In this document: positions 13,486 through 27,221 of the stretch, in pieces
Position numbering within the stretch: position 1 is the stretch's first letter
Layout of the letters: every line of letters begins with the position of its first letter
Translations under genes and position numbers: made by a program
Assembly (NCBI GenBank): GCA_009914755.4
Contig: CP086569.2
Location: forward strand, 16,672,001-16,736,000
DNA from: the human T2T-CHM13v2.0 reference genome, Homo sapiens
Direction: 5' to 3'
Length of the DNA stretch: 64,000 nt
Notes under the pieces: generated by a model
Told to the model about the DNA's origin: nothing
Database searches by the model: none
The model's input: the letters and a program-made list of their open reading frames with translations, nothing else

Positions 13486-15529
13486 TCTGGATTAGATTCT
13501 TCATCCTCTGCTGTATCCTAAAATGTTGGTCCTCTTCCTTGTTCTGTAGCAGGCTCCCTTCACAATCTGCATACCTCCCCCACCCAAAGGAATTTCAAGT
13601 TCCAGTGGCTCCAAAATGTCCCCATTTCTATCCCAAATCTTATTCCTGAAGTATAGGCCTACATATTCTGTCACCTGGAGATCTTCACTGTCCTTTTTAC
13701 AATCTGTTCTCCAATCCAATTTCTCATTCACAAGCAGCCTCTGAATCCTAAATGGCAGCTTATACAAATCCAGAAAATTGCATGTCTATGAATGCCTCAC
13801 AACCAGATAGCACAGAATTTCAGACACGGGTAAGGCACACAGTTCCATCAGGCTGGAGGCTAATACAGAAAAATGCCAGAAATGGAATAAGAAAGTGTCC
13901 AGAATGAATAAAAGTGATACACTCGAGTTGTGCTGATTCCAGGTAACAGACAGATTAAGAGACTGAAAAAGCACACCTGAACCATTTCAAATACACTACA
14001 CTCATGAAAGCTGTTAGTAAGCCAGTTCTTTGCACATCAGTGCTTCCTAACTCCACAGCAACCAAGAAGAATTTGAGCTTGCTACTCCTATATCCATCTC
14101 TATAAGAATAGTGTAAGCCATTCTTTAAACATTTAAACCAGGCAGCCCCATCATTCTTATTCATAAATGTTCTGTCTTAGCCCATGCCCAAAGCGTGCCA
14201 GTTTCATCAATATTCACTTTCAACTGAGGCAGGTGAGGCCTCTTCAAGTGGTTTCCCTGTGGGAATTTCTGTAGAGTTCTTCTCAATATCTGTGGCATCA
14301 GAATGGTGCTTTGGAACTTTCCATTTGTTACTCTGGGAGGCTTTGGACAATCCTCTTCTCTTGACAGTCTGTGGCATCAACAGAACATAGACAAAACTGA
14401 GGCTTGATAAACTGGAGTCTTTTCTTAAACAGACCTGGAGCTAGCAGCCATCCAACATGAACACAGATCTGGTGTTATACTGGAAGGGAATTTAACAAAT
14501 CTTCAATGATTTTTTCCTTCACTCTTTCTGATTTGTTGATTCCACAAGCTCAGCACTTTTTGCTTCCTATACCATTCTCTCTTATTCCCTAAGGGTTATT
14601 CTGTCTTTCAATTTATTGTATAAGCCATAGTACATTCATCATTTTCTGACCCCTTGGGGTTCATTACCTACTTTTACTTCCATTGCAACCAGAACCTTCT
14701 TTGACTCTCATTTTCAACACTCTTGACATCTTTTTCTGCTTCCCAGACATAAGCAAGTTAGTTTTGTTCTGTATCATCTCAAAGGAACTCTGAGACAGGG
14801 GTCTCAAACTCAAGAGTCGTTGGTTCCCAGAAAGGAAAATTGATGTGAAAAGCAAGATGGGTGGCGAAAACCCACAACAGAACAAGCACAGAGATGAGTA
14901 CCCCACAACTGGGCAGCAGGGAGAGAACAAGAAGGGTGAGCTAGTGGAAGTTGCCCACTGGTTTCTAAGGCAATATGTTCTTGGAATGTTATAATATTAT
15001 TTTTAACAAAAGTGTAGACATGGAGCATGAAAATGAACTAAGAGTGTAAAAGGAAGCTAGATGAAACCTTTATCAAAGACCCAGAAATGCATGTACCAAA
15101 CTAACTGAAATAAAACCAAACCAAAAAAATAATATCAAATGAAACACACTGTGTTCGAATTATAAAATTTGAGGATTGTGAAACAAAATGACTTAGTTTC
15201 ATTTTGTCATGAAATTCACTTTTCCCTGCCAAATGTATACTTTGTGTTCTGTGGTATTTAGGTAATTTTCAATATTTATTTATTATTTATTAAATTTCAC
15301 TGGTCTCTCTGATGAACTTTCGGACATTACTACTTTTTGAGATGCATTTTTGAATTTTGAAATTTCTTTATAAATATGTAGGGGCACCCCAGTTTTGATG
15401 ATGTGTGTACTAGTGGTATAGATCTTTGCTTTAATGGTTATAATAGCAATTTTATCTGTTCACTTAGTTATGACTAAACACTGGGCAATTAGTTCTCAGT
15501 AACCTGTCTCAAACGTGTCATTATACAAG

Positions 15530-15680
15530 GCAGCTGGGTGTGGTAGGGCTCACCTGTAGTCCCAGTGCTTCATAGGAGGCTGACATGGAAGGATCAAACA
15601 GAGAAATGAATACCCAGAAGTTTGAGACCAGGCTGGGCAACACAGTGAGACCTCAACTCATAAAAAAAAATAAATAAAAA
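15530..15680 (+). mobile_element. Alu monomer (FLAM-like) fragment
   Basis: ggcagctgggtgtggtagggctcacctgtagtcccagtgcttcataggaggctga...tgagaccaggctgggcaacacagtgagacc is followed by an A-rich tail. Confidence 0.6.
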
Positions 15681-16462
15681 TTACATATACAAAGATATGA
15701 ATAGGTGTTTGGCTATCAGAAGGCACCATTTGGGAGCCAGCTGTACCACTCCTTCATGGGTAACCTTGATTAAGTCCACTTGAAACACTTACTGTGTGGT
15801 TATTATACAAGGCTGCCTGCTAAATAGCCTGCCATAATCAGCTTATTTAATTATCTTATACGTTGGGGGTGGCAAAACTGTATTTTCTATTTTTTCTCAC
15901 TGAAGAAACAAAGACTCAGATGGATTAACTGAGTCACCTACACAGAGTACTTGGTACTGCTGGAATTACCTGTGAAGTCATGCTCTCAAATACACCCATA
16001 AGCTGCCTAATGTTTTTTAGCTTATTCCGTCGTCTTCCTTGTGAAACAAAAATCCACCTTCTTTCACATCATTTTTGGAATTAATACTTATTAAATTGTG
16101 CTGAAGCTCAAACTATTCTGACAGTAGGAAGCATCATATTTATTATTTCAAACTAACAGGCAAAGATTTCACCTGCATGTGAAGACACAGTTTCACCAAA
16201 GAGCCCAGATAAGACTTCTTTTCAGGGCCCTCTTCCTGGTTGATAATCTCACCCAGCAAAACCAAATGCAATGCTGACAAAACTTGACAACTGAACCGAG
16301 AGAATTTGGGGATGTGCATAATCCCATTAATTAGAGCTGCTTGGTGTGGAGTGATGTTTGTAAAAGCATTCTATTGGAACAATAGTTTCTCAAAATCATT
16401 TGAATACAAAGGATCTATGGCCAAAGAAGCTTAGAAAACATTGCATATAAAAATGGCTTCAA

Positions 16463-16744
16463 TTTGGCACAGTGGCTCACATCTGTAATCCCAGCATTGG
16501 TAGGCCAAGGCAGGCAGATCACTTGAGATCGGGAGTTCAAATCGTCTGGCCAACATGGTGAAACCCTGTCTCACTAAAAACACAAAAATTAGCCAAGTCT
16601 TTATGGTGTGTGCCTGTAATCCCAACTACTTGGGAGGCTGAGGAAAGAGAATTATTGCAACTTTTGGGGCAGAGGTTGCAGTGAGATGAGATCAGGCCAC
16701 TGCACTCCAGCCTGAGTGACAGAGTGAAACTCTTTCTCAAAAAA
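16463..16744 (+). mobile_element. Alu (full length)
   Basis: tggcacagtggctcacatctgtaatcccagcattggtaggccaaggcaggcagatcacttgagatcgggagttcaaa...cactgcactccagcctgagtgacagagtgaaactctttctcaaaaaa. Confidence 0.9.
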
Positions 16745-17751
16745 TAGTTTCTTGTAGATTAATAACACACAAGATGATGCAAAGTTCTAAGGTTGAAAAC
16801 ATAGGTGTTTATATTTTTGGGGGGTTTACACAACAGACTTTTTTTTCTCTCAAATCTCACAGTCCTAGGGGCTGGAATTTCAAGATCAAGTTGTTAGTAG
16901 GGTTGGTTCCTCCTGAGGCCTCTCTCCTTGGCTTGTAGATGCCATCTCCTCCCTGTGTCCTCACGTGGCTGACCCTCTGTGTATGTCTGTATCCTAATCT
17001 CCTCTTCCTATAAAAACACGAGTCACTTCAGATTAGTGTCCTCCCCATGACATCATTTTACCATAATTACCTCATTAAAGGATTTGTCTTCAAATACATT
17101 CTGAGGTACTGGGGGTTAGAACTTCAATATATGAATTTGTCAGGGGCTCAACTAAGCCCATAACACATCCTCATTAACATTCTGTAGGAATAATACTCCT
17201 AGGACAATGGCATTGAGATGCTGATCATGAGGACTGTCAAGACTTCCCACAGTTAAAAAGTGATCTGCAGAGATTTGAATGACCCATAACTGTCTTGACT
17301 GTGCAAAGCCAACAGTTTCTCTTACAGGAAATTGCCAAAAAATGTAATAGGCTCCAGTAACCATACTTTATCACATTGGTGGTGTTCTTCTCAAAAAAAT
17401 AATTTCTGAAAAAAATAAGCCCTGCAAGATGATCCTAAATGTTATTTAAGAATACAATCTACCATCCAAATATTCACAACAATGTCAATATTTTGTTTGG
17501 TATCCTATGATTGTAAAAGTCTTCAGCATATACTTGGTTCATTCAGTCAAACCTTGTGATTATAACTTAAAGGGTCTCTAAATCCTGGGTTCTCTGGAAC
17601 TATCAGGGACAGAGACAAAGAGAGGTGAGGTACCCTGAGTTATGCTCTGTGATTAAAGCAATTATTGAATTAACTATAAATCCAACTGGATAAATTCTGA
17701 AAGAGGAAAATTCTTTTAACTTCCTTTTGCCTATAATGAATCTTTTAATTT

Positions 17752-17782
17752 TTTTTTTTTTTTTTTTTTGCCTTGAACGCAT
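17752..17782. repeat. Poly(T) homopolymer (about 28 T)
   Basis: ttaatttttttttttttttttttttttttgcc. Confidence 0.9.
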
Positions 17783-18480
17783 ATTTACCTGAGAAGAATA
17801 ATGCTGAGAACTGGCCACTATTACAGTCAGTAAATGGAAACACCCTATTCTGAAAATCCATGAGACTGACTCTCCACAAAAGCCTTCTGTGTGAAATAAC
17901 AGCCAGTCATTCAGAAATTATTGAGGAAAATAAAACTAGGTCATATGACTTGACCAGGCTACTTACTAGGGAGCTAATGTCCTGTTTGAATTAGTGGGTG
18001 GTGGTATAGTTAGGAAACACAATAGTTTCCCTTACTAGAAGATCTGTGGTAGGTAGGAAGTCTTTCGAGAAGAAGAACCTTTTCTATTCACAAGTGTGAT
18101 GAAAGCAAGTTGAAATATGTCAACTTCTTTCTGCATTCATCAGATTCATAAGAACCAACATAGAAGAGTCAGGGGATGGACAATAAGAGATTGCATTGGT
18201 TCACCTCCAGCAACTATGGGCATAGCTAAGTATTGTCTGCCTCACTTGAGTGGGCTATTAAGAACCCAGTAGAATAGCAAACTGACCCAGAAAGAGGATC
18301 AAAGGACCCAGCATTATACCTCAATCATCTGCCTTCTTAATTGCTCTAACAGAGTATTTTTTCCATGAGAATCTGAATTTTTACAATAGTTTCCTCTTGG
18401 TTTCCTAAAGAACAAGCTCACTACTTTATCGTGGTTTAGTGAAAAATCCAGAGTACTTTTATTTTTAAATGTTGTTTACT

Positions 18481-18973
18481 AGCACTATTCACAATAGCAA
18501 AGACATGGAACCAACCAAAATGTCTATAAATGATAAACTGGATAAAGAAAATATGGTACTTATATAAAAAAATGTAGGCAACTTACTGGTGCACTTAAGA
18601 GTATCAAATACTATGCAGCCATAAAAAGGAATGACATGTCTGTTGCAGGGACATGGATGAAGCTGGAAGCCATCATTCTCAGCAAACTAACACAGGAACA
18701 GAAAACCAAACATGTCATGTTGTCAGTCATAAGTGGGACCTGAACAATGAGAACACATGAAGACAGGGAGGGAAACAACACACACTGGGGTCTGTTCCAG
18801 AATGGGTGAGGGGAAAGAGAACATCAGGGTAAAAAGCTAATGCATGCATGGCTTAATACCCAGGTGATGGCTTGGTAGGTACTGCAAACCTCTGAGAATA
18901 CATTTACCTATGTAACAAACCTGCAATTTTTGCACATGTATCCTGGAACTTAAAATAAAATAATTAAAAAAAT
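18481..18973 (+). mobile_element. L1 (L1PA-type) 3'-end fragment: ORF2 C-terminus plus 3'UTR plus short poly(A)
   Basis: agcactattcacaatagcaaagacatggaaccaaccaaaatgtc...ggacatggatgaagctggaagccatcattctcagcaaactaacacaggaacagaaaaccaaacat...ttacctatgtaacaaacctgca...tgtatcctggaacttaaaataaaataattaaaaaaa. Flanked by the target-site duplication aaatgttgtttact (18467-18480) and aaattgttgcttact (18967-18981). Confidence 0.9.
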
Positions 18974-20782
18974 TGTTGCTTACTGACACACTGATAAAAG
19001 GAGCTGTATTCATGAATCTGTATTCCTGATTTGTCTATAAGTTGAAATCAGAAAATAAGCCTCAAAGTCTTCTAACATCAGGAAAGCCAATTTATTTGTA
19101 TACAACATAATCACCTATCATGTGAAATGTCTGGAATTTAGCATTGTACTTTTCTGGAGAACATAATGATGATTGCATAATATTACTGAAACTGTTGAAA
19201 GTAAAATTCTCAAATCATTCAATAAGCCTCTACTATTTATGCACTCATTTGAATCCATTGAATATGTATATTTTTTCTTTAGCACATTTGAGTTTATATG
19301 TAGGATTCATTGTGTAGAAAAAGTTAAGCAAATTGTTTCTTGTTAGTACCCAGTAATTTATTGCATGTGAGTGGTTTAAAGCAGTGTTCACTAACTGCCG
19401 TGTTATAAACTGGAGACTGACAAACTGCATCAGTTATGCATTGTTTGAATGAAAGAGGGCAAATATTGCATTAAGCAGCAAGCAAAGTTATGTATTGGAG
19501 ATAGTGAAGACATTATCAGAATCTGTAGCCTTCTCAATCTTCTGTTGTCCAATTATTCCTCTTGTCTATACCATGAACTGAAGAGTCATGATAATTTATC
19601 CTCCTTCTCCTATAATTAGTAACTCTTCCTTTCAGCTTCAAAGTGCTCTCTCTTTCCCTTTGTTTCATACAAATCCGTTATTATTTTCTGTTCTCATTAA
19701 TTCATTCAGGTACCCATCCACTCATCCTTCTGTCCTGATTCAAATTATCCATCTGTTTACCTAAAATGTATTAAGCAACTTCTTTAAGCTAGGCATTTTA
19801 TTATGATCTGCATAGGTAAAGAGAAAGCCATCCATTTAACAGCAGTGCCAGTGTCATAGGCAGTGGTCATAGTGCAGCAAGGCACAACAAAACAAAGCAA
19901 AATGGAAACCCAAAGACCTATACTTACGAGATTTACATATGAGTGGGATGACTAGGGTGATTTTTTCTCCCTCTCTTAGTTCAAAATTAACTTGGAACTC
20001 AGCTTAAAAGGTCTAGATATTTATTTCTCTATCCTTCCCTTCTTTATTTACACATAATGGGCCTTGGCCTCACAGTTTTTAATTCTTGAGCATCTACATT
20101 TTATCAGCCACAGCTTAGAATACCCACGCCAGTTGGGCATATTATGCAAAACCTTATATTATCACAATATATTATAAACACATGTTATATATCTATAAGA
20201 ACTCTATTAAGGAGTTTCTTGTATCAGGAATTCCCCAGAGATGCCAACATTTTGTTTCTGCTAATAGTATTTCAGGTTCTACATGAAAGTATAATTTTCA
20301 CATGGTAGAAAAAAGATTGAGAGACCAAATAAATATGTTGGTGTCTTCTTAATCCAGCAGGTATTGCAGTAAATTTTAGTCTTCATGAAGAATGACACTA
20401 TCACACACACACATACCTTAAAATATTTAATAACGTGGGGTAAATGTTGTGTATTCTGGTATTTTGTTTCTTGATCATTTATAATTTGCATGAGCAAACC
20501 CTTTTTGATTATCCTTAATTAAAAACTTCTCAAAAATATTTGTTAAAAATTTAAAATGTTACCAAAGGTTCACTAACATCTATACCTTCATTCATAGATC
20601 TCAACTTCTAAATTCATTCATTAGCCCTTTTATTATTATTACTATTATTATTATCATACTTTAAGTTTTAGGGTACATGTGCACAATGTGCAGGTTAGTT
20701 ACATATGTATACTAGCGACATGCTGGTGTGCTGCACCCATTAACTTGTCATTTAGCATTAGGTATATTTCCTAATATTATCC

Positions 20783-23700
20783 CTACTCCCTACCCCCACC
20801 CCACAACAGTCCACAGAGTGTGATGTTCCCCTTCCTGTGTCCATGTGTTCTCATCGTCCAATTCCCATCTATGAGTGAGAACATGTGGTGTTTGGTTTTT
20901 TGTCCTTGTGACAGTTTACTGAGAATGATGATTTCCAATTTCATCCATGTCCCTACAAAGGACATGAACTCATCATTTTTTATGGCTGCATAGTGTTCCA
21001 TGGTGTATATGTGCCACATTTTCTTAATCCAGTCTATCACTGTTGGACATTTGGGTTGGTTCCAAGTCTTTGCTATTGTGAATAGTGCCACAATAAACAT
21101 ACATGTGCATGTGTCTTTATAGCAGCATGATTTATAGTCCTTTGCGTATATACCCAGTAATGGGATGGCTGGGTCAAATAGTATTTCCTGTTCTAGATCC
21201 CTGAGGAATCACCACACTGACTTCCACAATGTTTGAACTAGTTTACAGTCCCACCAACAGTGTCAAAGTGTTCCTATTTCTCCACATCCTCTCCAGCACC
21301 TGTTGTATCCTGACTTTTTAATGACTGCCATTCTAACTGGTGTGAGATGGTATCTCATAGTGGTTTTGATTTGCATTTCTCTGATGGCCAGTGATGATGA
21401 GCATTTTTTTCATGTATCTTTTGGTTGCATAAATGTCTTCTTTTGAGAAATGTCTGTTCATAACCTTTGCCCACTTTTTGATGGGGTTGTTTGTTTTTTT
21501 CTTGTAAATTTGTTTGAGTTCATTGTAGATTCTGAATATTTGCCCTTGTCAGATGAATAGGTTGTGAAAATTTTCTCCCGTTTTGTAGCTTGTCTGTTCA
21601 CTCTGATGGTAGTTTCTTTTGCTGTGCAGAAGCTCTTTAGTTGAATTGGATCCCATTTGTCAATTTTGGCTTTTGTTGCCATTGCTTTTGGTGTTTTAGA
21701 CATGAAGTCCTTGCCCATGCCTAGGTCCTGAATGGTAATGCCTAGGTTTTCTTCTAGGGTTTTTATGGTTTTAGGTCTAATGTTTAAGTCTCTAATCCAT
21801 CTTGAATTAATTTTTGTATAAGGTGTAAGGAAGGGATCCAGTGTCAGCTTTCTATGTATGGCTAGCCAGTTTTTCCAGCATTATTTATTAAATAGGGAAT
21901 TCTTTCCCCATTGCTTGTTTTTCTCAGGTTTTCAAAGATCAGATAATTGTAGATATGCAGCATTATTTCTGACAGCTCTGTTCTGTTCCATTGGTCTATA
22001 TCTCTGTTTTGGTACCAGTACCATGCTGTTTTGGTTACTGTAGCCTTGTAGTATAGTTTGAAGTCAGGTAGTGTGATGCCTCCAGCTTTGTTCTTTTGGC
22101 TTAGGATTGACTTGGCAATGTGGGCTCTTTTTGGTCCCATATGAACTTTAAAGTATATTTTTCCAATTCTGTGAAGAAAGTCATTGGTAGCTTGATGGGG
22201 ATCGCATTGAATCTGTAAATTACCTTGGGCAGTATGGCCATTTTCATGATATTGATTCTTCCTACCCATGAGCATGGAATGTTCTTCCATTTCTTTGTAT
22301 CCTCTTTTATTTCATTGAGCAGTGGTTTGTAGTTCTCCTTGAAGAGGTCCTTCACGTCCCTTGTAAGTTGGATTCCTAAGTATTTTATTCCCTTTGAAGC
22401 AATTGTGAATGGGAGTTCACTCATGATTTGGTTCTCTCTTTGTCTGTTATTGGTGCAAAGAATGCTTGTGATTTTTGTACATTGATTTTGTATCCTGAGA
22501 CTTTGCTGAAGTTGCTTATCAGCTTAAGGAGATTTTGGGCTGAAACAATGGGGTTTTCTAGATATACAATCATGTCATCTGCAAACACGGACAATTTGAC
22601 TTCCTCTTTTCCTAATCGAATTCCCTTTGTTTCCTTCTCCTGCCTAATTGCCCTGGCCAGAACTTCCAACACTATGTTGAATAGGAGTGGTGAGAGAGGT
22701 CATCCCTGTCTTGTGCTAGTTTTCAAAGGGAATGCTTCCAGTTTTTGCCCATTCGGTATGATATTGGCTGTGACTTTGTCATAGATAGCTCTTATTATTT
22801 TGAGGTACGTCCCATCAATGCCTAATTTATTGAGAGTTTTTAGCATGAAGGGTTGTTGAATTTTGTCAAAAGCCTTTTCTGCATCTATTGAGATAATCGT
22901 GTGGTTTTTGTCTTTGGTTCTTTTTATATGCTGGATTATGTTTATTGATTTGTGTATATTGAACCAGTCTTGCATCCCAGGGTTGAAGCCCACTTGATCA
23001 TGGTGGATAAGCTTTTTGATGTGCTGCTGGATTTGGTTTGCCAGTATTTTATTGAGGATTTTTGCATCAATGTTCATCAAGGATATTGGTCTAAAATTAT
23101 CTTTTTTTTTTGTCTCTGCCCGGCTTTGGTATCAGGATGATGCTGGCCTCATAAAATGAGTTAGGGAGGATTCCTTATTTTTCTATTGATTGGAATAGTT
23201 TCAGAAAGAATGGTACCACTTCCTCCTTGTACCTCTGGTAGAATTTGGCTCTGAATCCATCTGGTCCTGGACTCTTTTTGGTTGGTAAACTATTGATTAT
23301 TGCCACAGTTTCAGATCCTGTTATTGGTCTTTTCAGAGATTCAACTTCTTCCGGGTTTAGTCTTGGGAGAGTGTATGTGTCGAGGAATTTATCCATTTCT
23401 TCTAGATTTTCTAGTTTATTTGTGTAGAGGTGTTTGTAATATTCTCTGACGGTAGTTTGTATTTCTGTGGGATTGGTGGTGGTATTCCCTTTATCATTTT
23501 TTATTGCATGTATTTGATTCTTCTCTCTTTTTTTCTTTATTAATCTTGCTAGCAGTCTATCAATTTTGATGATCCTTTCAAAAACCCAGCTCCTAGATTC
23601 ATTAATTTTTTGAAGGGTTTTTTGTGTCTTTATTTCCTTCAGTTCTCCTCTGATTTTAGTTATTTCTTGCCTTCTGCTAGCTTTTGAATGTGTTTGCTCT

Positions 23701-24567
23701 TGCTTTTCTAGTTCTTTTAATTGTGATGTTAGGTTGTCAATTTTGAATCTTTCCTGCTTTCTTTTGTGGGCATTTAGTGTTATAAATTTCCCTCTACCCA
23801 TTGCTTTGAATGTGTCCCAGAGATTCTGGTATGTTGTGTCTTTGTTCTCGTTGGTTTCAAAGAACATCTTTATTTCTGCCTTCATTTCGTTATATAACCA
23901 GTAGTCATTCAGGAGCAGGTTGTTCAGTTTCCATGTAGTTGAGCAGTTTTGAGTGAGTTTCTTAATCCTGAGTTCTAGTTTGATTGCACTGTGGTCTGAG
24001 AGACAGTTTGTTATAATTTCTATTCTTTTACATTTGCTGGGGAGAGCTTTACTTCCAAGTATGTGGTCAATTTTGGAATAGGTGTGGTGTGGTGCTGAAA
24101 AAAAATGTATATTCTGTTGATTTGGGGTGGAGAGTTCTGTAGATGTCTATTAGGTCCGCTTGGTGCAGAGCTGAGTTCAATTCCTGGGTATCCTTGTTGA
24201 CTTTCTGTCTCAATCTATCTAATATTGACAGTGGGGTGTTAAAGTCTCCCATTATTAATGTGTGGGAGTCTAAGTCTCTTTGTAGGTCACTCAGGACTTG
24301 CTTTATGAATCTGGGTGCTCCTGTATTGGGTGCATATATATTTAGAATAGTTAGTTCTTCTTGTTGAATTGATCCCTTTACCATTATGTTATAGCTTTCT
24401 TTTTCTCTTTTGCTCCTCCTTGGTTTAAAGTGTGTTTTATCAGAGACTAGGATTGCAACCTCTGCCTTTTTTTGTTTCCCTTTTGCTTGGTAGATCTTCC
24501 TCCATCCTTTTATTTTGAGCCTATGTGTGTCTCTGCATGTTAGATGGGTTTCCTGAATACAGCACAC
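20783..24567 (-). pseudogene. L1 ORF2 (endonuclease/reverse transcriptase) remnant, split into at least 8 frame-shifted pieces
   Basis: The track ORFs translate to recognisable L1 ORF2 segments. ORF 24067-24567 (IQETHL...LIMGDFNTPLS...) is the endonuclease. ORFs 23175-23885, 22700-23080 ([11 protein letters not shown]...) and 22421-22672 ([12 protein letters not shown]) are the reverse transcriptase. ORFs 22101-22424, 21862-22290, 21458-21718 and 20783-21100 are the C-terminal segments. Confidence 0.9.
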
Positions 24568-24761
24568 TGATGAGTCTTGACTCTTTATCCAATTTGCCAG
24601 TCTGTGTCTTTTAATTGGAGCATTTACATTTACATTTAAATGTAAAGTCCATTTACATTTAAAGTTAATATTGTTATGTGTGAATTTGATCCTGTCATTA
24701 TGATGTTAGCTGGTTATTTTGCTCGTTAGTTGATGCAGTTTCTTCCTAGTCTCGATGGTCT

Positions 24762-25770
24762 TTACACTTTGGCATGATTTTGCAGCGGCTGGTACTGGTT
24801 GTTCCTTTCCATGCTTAGTGCTTCCTTCAGGAGCTCTTTTAGGGCAGGCCTGGTGGTGACGAAATCTCTCAGTATTTGCTTGTCTGTAGAGGATCTTATT
24901 TCTCCTTCACTTATGAAGCTTAGTTTGGCTGGATATGAAATTCTGGTTTGAAAATTCTTTTCTTTAAGAATGTTGAATATTGGACCCCACTCTCTTCTGG
25001 CTTGTAGAGTTCCTGCTGAGAGATCCGCTATTAATCTGATGGGCTTCCCTTTGTGGGTAACCCGACCTTTCTCTCTGGCTGCGCTTAGCATTTTTTCCTT
25101 CATTTCAACTTTGGTGAATCTGACAATTATGTATCTTGGATTTGCTCTTCTCGAGGAGTATCTTTGTGGATTTCTCTGTATTTCCTGAATCTGAATGTTG
25201 GCCTGCCTTGCTAGATTGGGAAAGTTCTCCTGGACAATAAACTGCAGAGTGCTTTCCAACTTGATTCCATTCTCCCTGTCACTTTCAGGTACACCAATCG
25301 ACGCAGATTTCGTCTTTTCACATAGTCTCATATTTCTTGGAGGCTTTGTTCATTTCTTTTTATTCTTTTTACTCTAAACTTCCCTTCTCGCTTCATTTCA
25401 TTCATTTCATCTTCCAGCACTGGTACCCTTTCTTCCAGTTGATCACATTGGCTCCTGAGGCTTCTGCATTCTTCACGTAGTTCTTGAGCCTTGGCTTTCA
25501 GCTCCTTTAAGCACTTCTCTGTGTTGGTTATTCTAGCTATACATTCGTCTACATTTTTTTCAAAGTTTTCAACTTCTTTGCCTTTGGTTTGAATTTCCTC
25601 CTGTAGCTCAGAGTAGTTTGATCGTCTGAAGCTTTCTTCTCTCAACTCATCAAAGTCATTCTCCGTCCAGCTTTGTTCCGTTGCTGGTGAGGAACTGCAT
25701 TCCTTTGGAGGAGGAGAGGCACTCTGATTTTTAGAGTTTCCAGTTTTTCTGCTGTTTTTTCCCCATCTTT
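24762..25770 (-). pseudogene. L1 ORF1 remnant with a frameshift near 25330
   Basis: ORFs 25328-25645 (RRSNYSELQEEIQTKGKEVENFEKN...) and 24762-25331 (...NFPNLARQANIQIQEIQRNPQRYSSRRANPRYIIVRFTKVEMKEKML...) match L1 ORF1p. The original ATG is at about 25768 (ccatctttgtgg is the reverse complement of ccacaaagatgg). Confidence 0.9.
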
Positions 25771-26629
25771 GTGGTTTTATCTACTTTTGGTCTTTGATGA
25801 TGGTGATGTACAGATGGGTTTTTGGTGTGGATGTCCTTTCTGTTTGTTAGTTTTCCTTCTAACAGACAGGACCCTCAGGTGCAGGTCTGTTGGATTTTGC
25901 TAGAGGTCCACTCCAGACCCTGTTTGCCTGGGTATCAGCAGTGGTGTCAGCAGGATTGCAGATTTTTGTGATCCGGGAATGCTGCTCTCTGATCATTCCT
26001 CTGGAATTTTTGTCTCAGAGGAGTACCTGGCCACGTGAGTTGTCAGTCTGCCCCTATTGGGGGGTGCCTCCCAGTTAGGCTGCTCGGGGGTCATGTGTCA
26101 GGGACCCACTTGAGGAGGCAGTCTGCCCATTCTCAGATCTCCAGTTGCGTGCTGGGAGAACCACTGGTCTCCTCAAAGCTGTCAGACAGGGACATTTAAG
26201 TCTGCAGAGGTTACTGGTGTCTTTTTGTTTGTGTGTGCCTTGCCCCCAGAGGTGGAGCCTACAGAGGCAGGCAGGCCTCCTTGAGCTATGGTGGGCTCCA
26301 CTCAGTTCAAGCTTCCCAGCTGTTTTGTTTTAAAAGCCATTCAATTACTTAAAATTTAACTTTATAGCATCATTCTACTTCCCCTGGAGGAAAGCTAATG
26401 CACTCTTTTATAGTTCAAAAAGGGAACAATGCATACTTGAATCAGTAAGACTGACTTCCTTACAATGGATTAGGAAACATGAATTTTTTCCTATTGCTAT
26501 CCTGCTGATCACAGCAGCGTTTCTACAATGATACACGCTTTTGCAACTTGCAAACTACTGGAGTGTATACCTGTACTTTAAAAAGCCTTTTAAATTCAAT
26601 AAAGTTTATCGTTAGAGGTCTCTTTTTCT

Positions 26630-26675
26630 TCTTCTTGCTTTGTTTTTTTTTTTCTTTTTTTTTTTTCCCTCTGCA
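26630..26675. repeat. T-rich homopolymer tract
   Basis: tttgtttttttttttcttttttttttttt. Confidence 0.8.
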
Positions 26676-27221
26676 TTCTTTGCTTTGTTCTTTGGATCAG
26701 AAATAATGCCATATTCTTAGAGCACATTTGCATAAACCTTATGTTCATACTCTTTGTATATAATCTCCTAGGCATCTCAAATACAACATACTCCAAGTTT
26801 ACCCTCCCCTACCAAAAAAGAAAACCCATATCCTCTTCTCTCCAGCATTTTTGGCATTGGTGAACAGCACAAGAATCCCTGGGAACACCCCAACTCCTGT
26901 CTCTCCTTAGCCACTGTGAATTTATCTACAGCCCTGTCAGTTGTTGTAGTATCTCTTAATCCAGCCCCTCTTCTCCCTTCTAGGACCTCCCATGAATTGC
27001 TTTCAGAATCTTGTGCTCACACTATTGCGGTAAATTCTGAATTGGCTTTCCTGGCCCTGAATTCATTCCTAAAATTTGTCCTAAAGTCTTCCTTCAATTA
27101 AAACGTGTTCATTTCTAGACCCTTCTTAAAACCCTTTGTTTTCTCTCTCTGTTGAGCACCATCTTAATTCTGAAGCTCAGAATACCAGCCTCTTTAGGAA
27201 TTCAACAGTCTCTAGCTGGCC

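Larger units (their letters stand above)
20624..26338 (-). mobile_element. L1 (L1PA-type) near-full-length element, minus orientation, 5'-truncated by a few hundred bp, coding capacity destroyed
   Basis: The left end is the reverse complement of the L1 3' end (catactttaagttttagggtacatgtgcacaatgtgcaggttagttacatatgtatac), preceded by a degenerate (TAA)n tail. Minus-strand ORF fragments translate to L1 ORF2 (endonuclease, RT and C-terminal segments) and ORF1. The right end is the reverse complement of the L1PA 5'UTR (ggcaggcctccttgagctatggtgggctccactcagttcaagcttcccagctg). Confidence 0.92.

Noticed and set aside
20624-20660. Possible target-site duplication for the minus-strand L1 (cattcatt at the left flank, cattcaatt at the right flank)
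   Set aside because: The match is short and imperfect, and the boundaries of the degenerate (TAA)n tail are ambiguous. I cannot support a target-site duplication call.
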